Origin: Candidatus Zixiibacteriota bacterium
Lineage (GTDB): Bacteria > Zixibacteria > MSB-5A5 > CAIYYT01
Reading direction: 5' to 3'
Assembly: GCA_020853795.1 (NCBI GenBank)
Contig: JADYYF010000109.1
Location: 70,181-134,180 of the forward strand
DNA: 64,000 nucleotides
The notes under the pieces were generated by a model. It ran no database searches, had not been told where the DNA came from, and worked only from the letters and a program-made list of their open reading frames with translations. The translations under genes and the position numbers were made by a program. This document shows positions 10,206-20,109 of the stretch, piece after piece (the stretch's first letter is position 1; the number at the start of each line of letters is the position of its first letter).

Positions 10206-10340
10206 GAACGTAAGTAAGGTGTTGTCAAAGGATTATACAATTCAGAAATGGGATAGCGGCGGCCAAGTTGATAGCACAGTGGCTTTGGCTTGCCTGCCCA
10301 ATTGGAGATGTCTGCCAGATGCGGAAGGGCTGCCCGGCGC

Positions 10341-11111
10341 TCACTCGGCGCGAACGTGATTGCGCAGAATCCCGACGCCTTCCACCTCGACCTCGACAAT
10401 GTCACCATCCTTCATCGGGCCGACCCCCTCCGGCGTGCCGGTAACGATCAGGTCGCCGGGGTTGAGCGTCATGACATGGCACATAAACGAGACCAAGCGC
10501 GGGATCGGGAAGATCATGTGCCGGCTGTTGGAGGATTGTCTCGTTTCACCGTTCAGGCGCGACGTGACATTCAACTCGGTATAGTCGAGATCGGTGACCA
10601 AATACGGCCCGACCGGGCAGAAGGTGTTGAAGCCTTTGCCGCGCGTCCACTGCACGTCCCTCTTCTGCAGGTCGCGGGCAGTCACATCATTGACACAGGT
10701 AACGCCGAAGATATTGCCGCGGACTTCGTCGGGATCGAGTTTGTGGCAGGTGCGCGCAATGACGATGCCGATTTCGCCTTCGTAGTCAACGCGTTTGCTC
10801 GCCGCCGGCATCAGGATCGTCTCCTCCGGACCGATCAATGCCGTCAACGGCTTCATAAACGTGACCGGTTCTTCCGGCACCGCATTCGCCGACTGGCTTT
10901 CCTTCACATGATCGGCGTAGTTCAACCCGACACACACGATTTTGGTCGGCGTAACCGGCGGCAAGAGCTTGGCTTTAGCCCGCGGGATGCGTTCGTCGGT
11001 CAGCTTGTGTTCAGCAAAGAGATCGCCGGTGATGATCCGGACAGTGTCGTTCTCGACCAGACCCCAGGTTGCGGCGCCATGGAAGTGAAAACGGCAGTAC
11101 TTCTTACTCAT
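10341..11111 (-). CDS. Fumarylacetoacetate hydrolase (FAH) family protein
   Basis: FAH fold motifs: ...KIVCVGLNYADH..., VDYEGEIGIVIAR, TGTPEGVGPMKDGD. Confidence 0.85.
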   Translation of the reverse strand: MSKKYCRFHFHGAATWGLVENDTVRIITGDLFAEHKLTDERIPRAKAKLLPPVTPTKIVCVGLNYADHVKESQSANAVPEEPVTFMKPLTALIGPEETILMPAASKRVDYEGEIGIVIARTCHKLDPDEVRGNIFGVTCVNDVTARDLQKRDVQWTRGKGFNTFCPVGPYLVTDLDYTELNVTSRLNGETRQSSNSRHMIFPIPRLVSFMCHVMTLNPGDLIVTGTPEGVGPMKDGDIVEVEVEGVGILRNHVRAE

Positions 11112-12060
11112 CGAGCAGTCCTTTCACATGTTGAACGACGGAGCGGCCCAAGGCATCACGATCATAGCCGCCTTCAAGAAACGAGATAACCTTGCCGCCG
11201 CAATACTGATTCGCAACCGAGCAGATCATCTTCGTGAAATGGTAGAAATCGAGATCATCAAAGCGCAACGCCGCCAACGGGTCGTCTTTGTGCGCGTCAA
11301 AGCCGGCGGAAACCAGGATCAACTCCGGTCGAAACGCGGTCATCGCTTCGCGCCACACCGGTTCGACCAGCTTCAGCGCGCTGTGGCCTTCGGTGCCGGC
11401 ATCGAGCGGAAAATTCAAATTCAGACCGCTCCCCTTGCCCTTCCCGGTTTCATGCGCGCCGCCAGAACCGGGATAGAAGGGCCATTGGTGCAGGCTGGTG
11501 ACATGAACCCGATCATCCTCATAGAAGGTCGACTGCGTCCCGTTGCCGTGATGGACGTCGAAGTCGAAAATGGCGATGCGGGAAAAATTCAGTTTCTCCA
11601 GTGCGAAGACCGCAGCCCCGGCAACGTTATTGAGCAGGCAGAAACCCATCGCGCGATTGTGCTCGGCGTGATGTCCGGGCGGTCGAACGGCACAGAACGC
11701 GCGGTCGATGTCCCGATGGGCGACCCTCTGCAGCGCCAACAGGCCAGAGCCGAAAGCGAGCAAGGCGGCGCGCGCCGAGTGCGGATTGACGTAAGTATCG
11801 GGGTCGATCAGGCGCAAGCCCACCGGCTTGAGATTCACCATGGCGTGAGCATAATCGCGGTCGTGACAGAGGCTGATCTCCTCGATCGTCGCCGGGCGCC
11901 CTTCCAACCTGACCATCTGGTCCATGACACCGGTATCGACGAGGGCACTTTCCACGGCACGCAAGCGGTCCGCGTTTTCCGGGTGGCCGTCGCAGTCATG
12001 GAGGAGACAATCGGGATGGGAGATATAAGCGACGCGCTTCATGATTGACAAGATCGACAA
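11104..12060 (-). CDS. Histone deacetylase / acetoin utilisation (AcuC) family deacetylase
   Basis: HDAC signature PPGHHAE ... FDFDVHHGNGTQ ... GGYD. 318 aa. Confidence 0.85.
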   Translation of the reverse strand: MSILSIMKRVAYISHPDCLLHDCDGHPENADRLRAVESALVDTGVMDQMVRLEGRPATIEEISLCHDRDYAHAMVNLKPVGLRLIDPDTYVNPHSARAALLAFGSGLLALQRVAHRDIDRAFCAVRPPGHHAEHNRAMGFCLLNNVAGAAVFALEKLNFSRIAIFDFDVHHGNGTQSTFYEDDRVHVTSLHQWPFYPGSGGAHETGKGKGSGLNLNFPLDAGTEGHSALKLVEPVWREAMTAFRPELILVSAGFDAHKDDPLAALRFDDLDFYHFTKMICSVANQYCGGKVISFLEGGYDRDALGRSVVQHVKGLLDE

Positions 12061-12084
12061 AACCGGCGGGGTTGCGCAAGCCGA

Positions 12085-13494
12085 TTAAGCAAGCGAGGCC
12101 TCGGCCGCGCCGCCATGAATTTCCTTGTGCTTCCACGTGCCGCGGCTGAACCAGATCAGCAGGACAATGCCTTTGACGATGGTGGTCAGCGTAATCGACC
12201 AGAAGACACCGCTGACACCCGCGTCCAGTCCGAAGCTGAAGTAATACGCCAACGGTACGCGGGCAACCGAGCCAACCACCGACACCAGCATCGCCGGCCA
12301 GGTGTAGCCGGCGCCGCTGAAGGCGCCCTCCATGACAATCTCGATCGCCATGAAACTCTGCGACAGCGCGAGGATCATCAGGTAGCTGGCCGCGATGTCG
12401 ATCACTTCCGGTTCCGGTACAAATCCCGAAGCGATCAAGCGCGGGATCGTCAAGAAGGCGATCGAAATGACGGCCGTGAAGACACCGGTATACAGCAACG
12501 CGTACCAGACCGATTTGGCCGCGCGATCCGGCTTCCCGGCGCCGAGATTCTGCCCCACCAACGTTGAGACCGCGATCGAGAAGCCGAAGCAGACCAGATA
12601 CGAAATCGATTCGCAGCGGTTGCCGATGCCGAGCGCCGCGTTGGCCTCGGTACCGAAGCTCGACACGATCTTGTTCATGAATAGGTAGGCGACCGAAAAC
12701 ACCACGCCGGCAGTAGCGAGCGGTGAACCGATCTTGATCATTTGCCACATCATGCGCAAATCGGGTCCGGTGTACTTCGGCCAGCTGAACTTGAACGTCA
12801 GCCGGCCGCGCTTGATCGCGATCAAATACAGCGTAAAGGCGAGCAAGTAGGCAATCGCCGTTGCCAACGCCGCGCCGGCCACGCCCAGCTTCGGAAACGG
12901 CCCCACGCCGAAAATCAACATCGGGTCAAGCACGATATTGAACACTGTCGCCGACGCACTGATCATCAATGGCGTGCGGGTGTCACCGGACGCCCGGAAC
13001 ATCGCCGAGAATAATTCCCCCAGCACGAGCGGGATGGTGACGGCAAAGACGATCCGCAGGTACATCGTGCCCATGTCAGTGACGTTGGCCGCGGTCTCCA
13101 TGACGTGGAACAGCCAGCGCACGGTGATGTAGCCGACGATCATCATAACCACGGCCGCGGCACTGCCGAGCACGATTGCCTGGCGCGCGGAATGCCCGAC
13201 CAGATCGAAATTGCGGGCGCCATAGAAGCGCGCAATCACTGCGACCGAACCGATCCAGACAATATCGAAGATGCTGAAGAAGGTCCAGAGGACGAACATC
13301 GAAGAGATGACGGCAGCCATCTCCGCCTTGCCGACGTGCCCGACCCAGAATGCGTCGGTGATCGTCAGCGCCGTGCGCAGCAGCATCGCCAACACCGCCG
13401 GCCAAGCCAGGCGCACAACTTGGCGCGGAATCGAGCCTTCAGTGATGTTGTGAAATCGGTCAGCCATTGGCAGGTGGTTCTCGAGGAGTGCCAA
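12085..13494 (-). CDS. MATE family efflux transporter
   Basis: 12-TM protein of 469 aa with a MATE/NorM-like N-terminus (...VVRLAWPAVLAMLLRTALTITDAFWVGHVG...). Confidence 0.8.
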   Translation of the reverse strand: MALLENHLPMADRFHNITEGSIPRQVVRLAWPAVLAMLLRTALTITDAFWVGHVGKAEMAAVISSMFVLWTFFSIFDIVWIGSVAVIARFYGARNFDLVGHSARQAIVLGSAAAVVMMIVGYITVRWLFHVMETAANVTDMGTMYLRIVFAVTIPLVLGELFSAMFRASGDTRTPLMISASATVFNIVLDPMLIFGVGPFPKLGVAGAALATAIAYLLAFTLYLIAIKRGRLTFKFSWPKYTGPDLRMMWQMIKIGSPLATAGVVFSVAYLFMNKIVSSFGTEANAALGIGNRCESISYLVCFGFSIAVSTLVGQNLGAGKPDRAAKSVWYALLYTGVFTAVISIAFLTIPRLIASGFVPEPEVIDIAASYLMILALSQSFMAIEIVMEGAFSGAGYTWPAMLVSVVGSVARVPLAYYFSFGLDAGVSGVFWSITLTTIVKGIVLLIWFSRGTWKHKEIHGGAAEASLA

Positions 13495-13496
13495 CC

Positions 13497-14816
13497 TCAG
13501 GCGCCGCTAAGCAGATCAAGCAGTTTCTGGAAATTCGTTCCCCAGCGCGCCCGTGCGGCGTCGACGCGGTCGACCTCGATCGCCGACACCGTTCCGAGAG
13601 CAGCCGCGGCAGCCATCAGAGCGCAAACCGGATCATCGCCGGTCGTGACGTTGTCCGCCCCTATTTCGCTGCGGCCTTCGAGCACGACGCCATCGGAGAT
13701 TTCGGCAACCTTGACACCGAAGGCGCGAATTAGATTCGAGACGCTGCGCCGGCGCGCTTCCTCGCGGTCGGTGTTGAAGGGCGAGGAGCGAATCACCGCC
13801 GTGCCGTCGGCGCGGGCGTTGGCCAGGGCGATGGCGCCGATCGCATCGGGGAACTCGTGCATCTGGTCGTAATGGACGCTGCGCGATTTGACCTGCGAGC
13901 GCGTAACCACAAGGCTCGGTCCCTCCGGCCCGCGTTCCGAGGCGACCTCGACCCCCATGCGCTTGAGTTGCGACAGCGGTGTCGCCGTGATATCGTCGGC
14001 GCGCACACTGCGCAGGATCAGCCGACCGCGGCCGTGATTGACCACGGCGGCGGCCAGATATGCGGCAAATTCGGCATCGGGGCGCAGGGAAATCTGTGCC
14101 GCGCCGGTCCGGACACCGCCGGCAATGGTAACGCGCGACCTGAATTCGAGCACTCGGGGAGCACGCTTCTGTAGACGGCGCTCCAATTCATCGGCGGCTT
14201 CCACCGTCGTCAGATCAGCGCGCGCAAATTCGGAAACAAATTGTTCGAAGAAATAGTCGAGGCGGCTGCTTTCAAAGAGGTCGTTAATTTCCGAGTGCCC
14301 GCCTTGCGCGGTCATGGCCAGCACCAACTGCGGCACCAGCTTGGCGCTCTCGCGCTTCAAGTAGTATTTGACTTCCTTCGCCAACGCGTGCCGCACCACC
14401 ACCTGCGGTTCCTTGCCGCCCGTGAACTCGAGTTCGGCACCCATGCGGCGAAACGCCAGCACCAGATTTTGCAGCGTCTCGTCGAAATCGTCGATCACTG
14501 CCAGGCGCGACCCGGCGCGCGTCGCCGCGAGTGTTAACGCATAGCGAAACAGCTCGTAATCTGGCAGCTTGGTCAGGTAGGTGAACGGCATCGATGTGCG
14601 CGGTACGGCGGTGACGGAATTGCCGTCCCAGGTCAATTCAATACCACCCGAGTTCAGGAACGGCTCAAAGGCGGCGAGCAATTCAGTTCGTTCGACGTTG
14701 GTGATCGTCGTCGGCTCGGTCCGGAGGGCGGCAAACGACAGCGCCGCGAGCGTGGACACGTAGTCGGCGACCGGCTCGATGACCAGTGCGTATTCTTTGG
14801 GTCGAATGAATTTCAT
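13497..14816 (-). CDS. EPSP synthase (AroA)-like enolpyruvyl-transferase-fold protein, apparently catalytically degenerate
   Basis: The N-terminus (VIEPVADYVSTLAALSFAALRTEPTTITNV...) and C-terminus (TGDDPVCALMAAAAALGTVSAIEVDRVDAARARWGTNFQKLLDLLS) run parallel to AroA. Compare E. coli AroA ...[43 protein letters not shown]. The conserved LPGSKS lysine and the NDHRMAM His/Arg are replaced. Start is taken at the internal MKFIRPKE (ATG at 14816), which lies one nucleotide downstream of the argS stop codon (14818-14820). Confidence 0.45.
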   Translation of the reverse strand: MKFIRPKEYALVIEPVADYVSTLAALSFAALRTEPTTITNVERTELLAAFEPFLNSGGIELTWDGNSVTAVPRTSMPFTYLTKLPDYELFRYALTLAATRAGSRLAVIDDFDETLQNLVLAFRRMGAELEFTGGKEPQVVVRHALAKEVKYYLKRESAKLVPQLVLAMTAQGGHSEINDLFESSRLDYFFEQFVSEFARADLTTVEAADELERRLQKRAPRVLEFRSRVTIAGGVRTGAAQISLRPDAEFAAYLAAAVVNHGRGRLILRSVRADDITATPLSQLKRMGVEVASERGPEGPSLVVTRSQVKSRSVHYDQMHEFPDAIGAIALANARADGTAVIRSSPFNTDREEARRRSVSNLIRAFGVKVAEISDGVVLEGRSEIGADNVTTGDDPVCALMAAAAALGTVSAIEVDRVDAARARWGTNFQKLLDLLSGA

Positions 14817-14817
14817 C

Positions 14818-16530
14818 TTACATCCGCTCCAGCGGCTCAATGCCAAGCAAGCGCAAGCCGTCGCCGATAATCGTGCGCACGGCAAACGCCATCTGCATCC
14901 GGGCGCAGGTCAGCTCGGTGTTGTCGGTGATGATCCTGATGCGTTGCCAATAGCTGTTGAAGGCAGCCGCCAGATCGATCAAGTAGTCGGCGAGGATGTT
15001 GGTTTCGTAGACTTCCGTGATCAGTTGCAGGCGCTGCCCGTATAGCTCGAACTTCTTGATGATCTGCTTCTCTTCGTCGGCCAGCAGCGAGAAATCGGCA
15101 CTTAAGTCGGGCAGCGGGTGGCCGAATTTTTGGATCAGGGACGAGAGACGCGCGTGCGTGTACTGCAGATATGGACCGGTCTCGCCCTTGAACGACAGCG
15201 CCTCCTCCCAGACGAAATTCACGTCCTTGTTACGACGGACCCGCAATTGTGTGAAAATAATCGCGGCCACGGCCACGCGCTCGGCCGTCCAATCGACTTC
15301 GGCCACCTCCTGGTTTTCGCGCAGGATGATTTCCCGCGCCAGTTCCTTGGCCTGCTGCAGGACATCATCAAAGAAGATTAGCGTGCCCGCCCGCGTCGAC
15401 ATCGCACGATCGCCGAACTTAACCCAGCCGAAATCGACATGCACGGCGTCCGTGACCCAGGTGTTCCCCATCAACTCGGCGACCTTGAAGAACTGCTGGA
15501 AGTGCAGTTTCTGCGCGGTGCCGACGACATATAGCATCTTGTCGAAATTGAATTTCGCTTTGCGGTAAATCAGTGCCGCCAGATCGCGCGTGGCGTAAAG
15601 CGACGCATCGTCGGAACGCTTCATCAAACAGGCCGGCAGGTTGTACTGCTCCAGATCAACAATCCAGGCGCCCTCGCTCTGCTTGAGCAAACCCAATTCG
15701 TTCAAGCGTGCGACGACCGGCTCCATCTTGTCCCGGTAGTACGACTCGCCGGTGTTATAGTCGAAATGGACATGGAGCATCTCATAGATGCGATTGAAAT
15801 CCGCCATGCTGTAGTCGATGAATCGCTGCCAAACTTGTGTGTTCTCAGCGTCGCCCTGTTCAAGTTTGCGAAATTCGGCGCGACCGCGTTCTTCGAGCGC
15901 CGGATCGGACTTGGCGGCATCATGAAACCGGACATACAGCTTGTACAGGTCGGCGATCGGATTCGGCGCGAACGTGTAGTCCCCACCCCAGAGCTTGTAA
16001 GCTGCGATCAGATTGCCAAATTGCGTGCCCCAGTCGCCGAGGTGATTGATACGAATCACTTCGTATCCGCGCTTGGCGTAGACGCGCGCCAACGTCGCGC
16101 CGATAATGGTTGAGCGCAGATGGCCGATGCCGAATGGTTTGGCAATGTTGACGGAAGAATACTCTACCACTACGCGCCGGCCCGCACCCTCGCGCTTGGA
16201 ACCGTACTCGTCGCCGGATTTCAGGACCTCGACCAAGGCGCTCGCGACTACCGCGTCGGTGGCAATGTAGAAGTTCAAGTACCCGCCCAGAGGGACGACC
16301 TTGGTTATGCCGGCGGGCAGGTTCTCTGAGAAGAAGTTCTTGAAGAGTTCCGCTGCGATCGCCGGCGGTGCTTTGCGCAACTGCTTGGCGAAACGAAAAC
16401 ACGGTAGCGCCAGATCGCCATGCTCGGGATCCTTGGGAAGCTCGAACATCGCGACGATGTCTTCGGCGGAAACGCCTACAGCGTCGACAATTGCGCTCGC
16501 AATTTGATGTTTTAGTTCAACCGTGCTCAT
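14818..16530 (-). CDS. argS: Arginine--tRNA ligase
   Basis: 570 aa class I aaRS with an ArgRS N-terminal add-on domain, a HIGH-like region and a C-terminal DALR anticodon-binding domain. Confidence 0.9.
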   Translation of the reverse strand: MSTVELKHQIASAIVDAVGVSAEDIVAMFELPKDPEHGDLALPCFRFAKQLRKAPPAIAAELFKNFFSENLPAGITKVVPLGGYLNFYIATDAVVASALVEVLKSGDEYGSKREGAGRRVVVEYSSVNIAKPFGIGHLRSTIIGATLARVYAKRGYEVIRINHLGDWGTQFGNLIAAYKLWGGDYTFAPNPIADLYKLYVRFHDAAKSDPALEERGRAEFRKLEQGDAENTQVWQRFIDYSMADFNRIYEMLHVHFDYNTGESYYRDKMEPVVARLNELGLLKQSEGAWIVDLEQYNLPACLMKRSDDASLYATRDLAALIYRKAKFNFDKMLYVVGTAQKLHFQQFFKVAELMGNTWVTDAVHVDFGWVKFGDRAMSTRAGTLIFFDDVLQQAKELAREIILRENQEVAEVDWTAERVAVAAIIFTQLRVRRNKDVNFVWEEALSFKGETGPYLQYTHARLSSLIQKFGHPLPDLSADFSLLADEEKQIIKKFELYGQRLQLITEVYETNILADYLIDLAAAFNSYWQRIRIITDNTELTCARMQMAFAVRTIIGDGLRLLGIEPLERM

Positions 16531-16634
16531 TATCTTCCGCTACCACCATCGGAAGCCCCTTCCTCGCGGTGAGAAGAGACCGCCCACAATCAGAGTGTCA
16601 TATATACCGGTTTTTGGCGCGCAGACAAACGCTT

Positions 16635-17918
16635 TTAGCGGGCGCAGGAAATATCCAGTATCCAGCGATTGGCGCTCTTACGCTCGGCACAGGCAAAGAA
16701 GTAATAGTACGATCCCGCCGAGAGGATATAGAGCCCGATCGCAACGAGGAACACCGGTACATAGCCCCCCTTCTCGATCATCGATCCGCCGATCTGCGCA
16801 GTAAGCGCCCAACTGACCGCCCAGGCGATCGAGGCCAGCGAATTGACCAGGCCGTGCTGTTCCTCCGGCACCGATTCCATCATGAAAGCCGTCGAGACGG
16901 GGCTGCCCATGTTCATTAAGGCCCCACGCAGCATGAACGCCCAAAAAGCCAGGTCGAGATTCTCAGTGAAGCACAAAATCAGCATGAACGGGATCGACAG
17001 CACCTCGGTCAGCACGACGGTGCGGACAAAGCCGAGCTTGCGCTTGATGACTGGCACGGCCATAACGGCGACAATCATAGCAATCGACAGCAACGAGAAG
17101 TAGACACCGATGCGGGCGGCATCGAGCCCGAAACGATCGCGAAAATAGAGATTCAGGAACGGTATGATCAGCCCGGCGCCGGTACCCAGCAGAAAATACG
17201 GCGTCATCAGTTTAGCCAGCAATCGCCAGTTGTTCCGGATTGAGTTCCAGTTGAAGGCGCGGGCGACCTCATCCGGCGCGGGCGCCTTGGCTTTGATGAA
17301 TGAATACGCGACGATTGACAGCAGTCCGACCAGGCAAGTTATCAAGACCGCGGTGCGATAGGCCTGCAAATTGGCCTCAAGCGACGGCATGGAGACGGCG
17401 AAAGCCCGTTGCAGGACCTCGTGCAGGTAGCCGCCGCCGATCGAGCCGATAATAGCCGCGGTCATCCAGGTCGAGTAGTTGACGCTGAAGACCAGCGTTC
17501 GCTCCTGCTCGGTCGTGTTCCGCATGATAAACGGCGCGGCGGCGATGCCGCGAATCTGGTTTGCAAATCCGAATACAAAAGCCGAAGTCAGGATCAGCCA
17601 TTGCATGCCGGTATGGCACATCATGAAAAACGACGCGGCAACAACGACAGCAGATGCGATCAAAATCGGCTTGATCTTGTACCGCGCCGCCAAATAGGCC
17701 GCCGGCAACGCCGCCGCGACGCCGCCAAACGAATTGAACGCCAGCGTGCGGCCGATAAAGGTCTCCCGAAAGCCGGCGTCCTTGAGATAGAGATTCAACA
17801 ACAACGACATCGACGCCTGGACGATGCCGATCATCAGCCCGCCTAATACGAAGAGGTGGATGTTGTGGGTGATCAGCTTAAGATCAGCGATGTATTCCGA
17901 AACGAGCTTTCTCATCAC
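16635..17918 (-). CDS. MFS transporter
   Basis: 427 aa with 12 predicted TM helices and MFS-like topology. Confidence 0.75.
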   Translation of the reverse strand: MMRKLVSEYIADLKLITHNIHLFVLGGLMIGIVQASMSLLLNLYLKDAGFRETFIGRTLAFNSFGGVAAALPAAYLAARYKIKPILIASAVVVAASFFMMCHTGMQWLILTSAFVFGFANQIRGIAAAPFIMRNTTEQERTLVFSVNYSTWMTAAIIGSIGGGYLHEVLQRAFAVSMPSLEANLQAYRTAVLITCLVGLLSIVAYSFIKAKAPAPDEVARAFNWNSIRNNWRLLAKLMTPYFLLGTGAGLIIPFLNLYFRDRFGLDAARIGVYFSLLSIAMIVAVMAVPVIKRKLGFVRTVVLTEVLSIPFMLILCFTENLDLAFWAFMLRGALMNMGSPVSTAFMMESVPEEQHGLVNSLASIAWAVSWALTAQIGGSMIEKGGYVPVFLVAIGLYILSAGSYYYFFACAERKSANRWILDISCAR

Positions 17919-18793
17919 CGCGTGAAAACAAACTCACCGGCGGCGACGAACTGCGACGGGCCGCTCAGCTGCACGGGCTGATCGAGCGATGGAATCGCGA
18001 CCTGCAACCTCCCCGCGGGCGAGACTACCGTCACACTGTGATTGAGCCAACCATTGGCAATTCCGGCCGCGACGACTGCCGAGGCGCCTGTACCGGAGGC
18101 TGAGGTCTCGCCGACGCCGCGTTCCCAGATGCGAATTTCAACGCGGCGACGGTTGATGATGCGGGCAAACTCGACGTTAACGCGCTTCGGAAAGCGCCGG
18201 TCCCATTCAACTTCCCTGCCAAAGCTCCGCCAGTCAAAATCAAAGCGATCGACGAAAAACACGATATGAGGATTACCGACGCTGACCGCGGTCCCGAGCA
18301 GCGCGCCGGCAGCGACCTTGAACTCCTGCGATATGAAGAACCGCGAGCGAGTCCGCAGCGGGATCAGCCGCGCGCGAAATTCCGGCACGGCCATCGCGGC
18401 ACGGATCTGCATCAGCGGCGACTTGCGCCCCCGGGCATAAACATGATTTTCGGCGGTCGCGGATCTGATGACAAACTCTCGCTCTTTCGCCAGACCGAAG
18501 CAGTAGAGATGATGCGCCAGAATCCGCAAACCATTACCGGAAATCTCGGCCTCGCTACCGTCGGCGTTGAAAATGCGCATTCGGTGTCGGCCGCGCGGAC
18601 TGTCGTGCAGTATAACGCCGTCGGCACCGACAGCATGGTGGCGGTCACAGATCGCGCGAACGAAAGCAGCGAGTGATTTGCGGACGCGAGTCAGATGACT
18701 GGCGTCGAGGACGAGGAAGTCATTGCCGAGCGCATGGTATTTGGCAAAGGGAATGCCGAGTGCAGGTGACGGGCTCATAGGCAACTGATACAA
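17915..18793 (-). CDS. dapF: Diaminopimelate epimerase
   Basis: KYHALGNDFLVLD (the DapF GNDF motif), GNPHIVFFV, and the catalytic Cys-region SGTGA. Confidence 0.85.
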   Translation of the reverse strand: MYQLPMSPSPALGIPFAKYHALGNDFLVLDASHLTRVRKSLAAFVRAICDRHHAVGADGVILHDSPRGRHRMRIFNADGSEAEISGNGLRILAHHLYCFGLAKEREFVIRSATAENHVYARGRKSPLMQIRAAMAVPEFRARLIPLRTRSRFFISQEFKVAAGALLGTAVSVGNPHIVFFVDRFDFDWRSFGREVEWDRRFPKRVNVEFARIINRRRVEIRIWERGVGETSASGTGASAVVAAGIANGWLNHSVTVVSPAGRLQVAIPSLDQPVQLSGPSQFVAAGEFVFTR

Positions 18794-18834
18794 ATCTGAT
18801 TGGCTGCGGGCAAGCGCTTTGTCGCGTGGCGCAA

Positions 18835-20052
18835 TCAGCAGTAGCGCTCGAAGACGCGGCCAAGACGCCGGATGCCTTCAACGATGTTCTCCGCCGTCGA
18901 ACTGGCAAAATTGAGCCGCATCGTGTTGTCGCCGGAGCCGTCCGGATGGAACGGCCGACCCGGCACGAACGCAACCCCCTCATTAACGGCCTGCTGGAAG
19001 ATCATCGTCGAGGAGACATGCTCAGGCAACTGCACCCACAAGAACAGCCCACCATCGGGGAACGGCCAGGTGACATTGGCCGGGAAGTGCTCTTTCATGG
19101 CATTGATCATGATCTCCCGGCGCGCCGCATACGAGGCACGAATAATCTCGATGTGCGGCTCGAGAAATCCACGCTTGAGAAACTCGGCGACGACAAATTG
19201 CGTGAAGGTGGCGGAGTGCAGATCGACCGCCTGCTTCGCCTTCTCGATGATCTTGATCGCCGACACCGGCGCGCAAATCCAGCCCACGCGCAGACCCGGA
19301 GAAATCAACTTCGAAAACGTGCCCAACTGGATCACGGCGTCACCGCCCAGCCCGCGCAGCGACGGCTGCGGCGTGCCGGAATAGCGCAGCTCGCCGTAGG
19401 GGTTGTCGTCGATCAAAGCCACCTGGTGGCGGAAGACGAGACTCATCAGGGCCTTGCGGCGCTGGTACGACAGCGTTATGCCGGACGGATTCTGGAAGTT
19501 GGGGACGACGTAGATCAACTTCGGATTGAAAAGCCGAATCTTCTCTTCGAGTTGGTCAATGATCATACCGTCATTGTCCATCTGGACGGGCGCATACCGG
19601 CATTGATAAAAATTGAAAGCTTGCAGAGCACCCAGGTAGGTCGGCAATTCGGTGATGACATAGTCGCCGGGCTCAATAAAAACGCGGCCGATCAGGTCCA
19701 GACCCTGCTGCGAGCCGGTGGTGATCAGGATATTTTCCGCCGTGACCGGTAGTCCCTGTTTGGAGATGCGCTCGGCCAGCAGTTCGCGCAGCAACGGCAC
19801 ACCTTGCGACAGCGAATACTGCAGAGCCGGCGCGGCATGATCGGTCATGACGGCATCGATACACTCGTAGATCGCATCAACCGGAAAGAGTTCCGCCGCC
19901 GGCAAACCGCCGGCAAAATTGATGATACCGGGCTTGTTGGACAACTTCAGCGTTTCGCGGATGACCGAAGCCTCAAGCGAGGTCGCCAGTTTTGAAAAGG
20001 GCCAGTTGAACACGGTACTTGTACTCTCCTTTGTAGCATCGGCGAGTGTCAT
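18835..20052 (-). CDS. PLP-dependent aminotransferase, class I/II (LysN/MocR-like catalytic domain)
   Basis: TFSKLISPGLRVGWI Schiff-base lysine motif. 405 aa. Confidence 0.8.
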   Translation of the reverse strand: MTLADATKESTSTVFNWPFSKLATSLEASVIRETLKLSNKPGIINFAGGLPAAELFPVDAIYECIDAVMTDHAAPALQYSLSQGVPLLRELLAERISKQGLPVTAENILITTGSQQGLDLIGRVFIEPGDYVITELPTYLGALQAFNFYQCRYAPVQMDNDGMIIDQLEEKIRLFNPKLIYVVPNFQNPSGITLSYQRRKALMSLVFRHQVALIDDNPYGELRYSGTPQPSLRGLGGDAVIQLGTFSKLISPGLRVGWICAPVSAIKIIEKAKQAVDLHSATFTQFVVAEFLKRGFLEPHIEIIRASYAARREIMINAMKEHFPANVTWPFPDGGLFLWVQLPEHVSSTMIFQQAVNEGVAFVPGRPFHPDGSGDNTMRLNFASSTAENIVEGIRRLGRVFERYC

Positions 20053-20109
20053 ACCATCAATTAACGCAAAAATCGATTTAAGTCAAATACATTGAGTATG
20101 TTGTCGACA

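Noticed and set aside
10205-10341. TTGACA / TATAAT-like hexamers upstream of lptD
   Set aside because: They occur in the wrong order and spacing for a sigma-70 promoter, and FCB-group promoters use a different consensus. Not supportable without a model.
18835-20052. Possibility that the aminotransferase next to dapF is LL-diaminopimelate aminotransferase (DapL)
   Set aside because: The Schiff-base region (TFSKLISPGLRVGWI) resembles LysN/MocR-type class I enzymes rather than the DapL motif. Left as a generic PLP aminotransferase.
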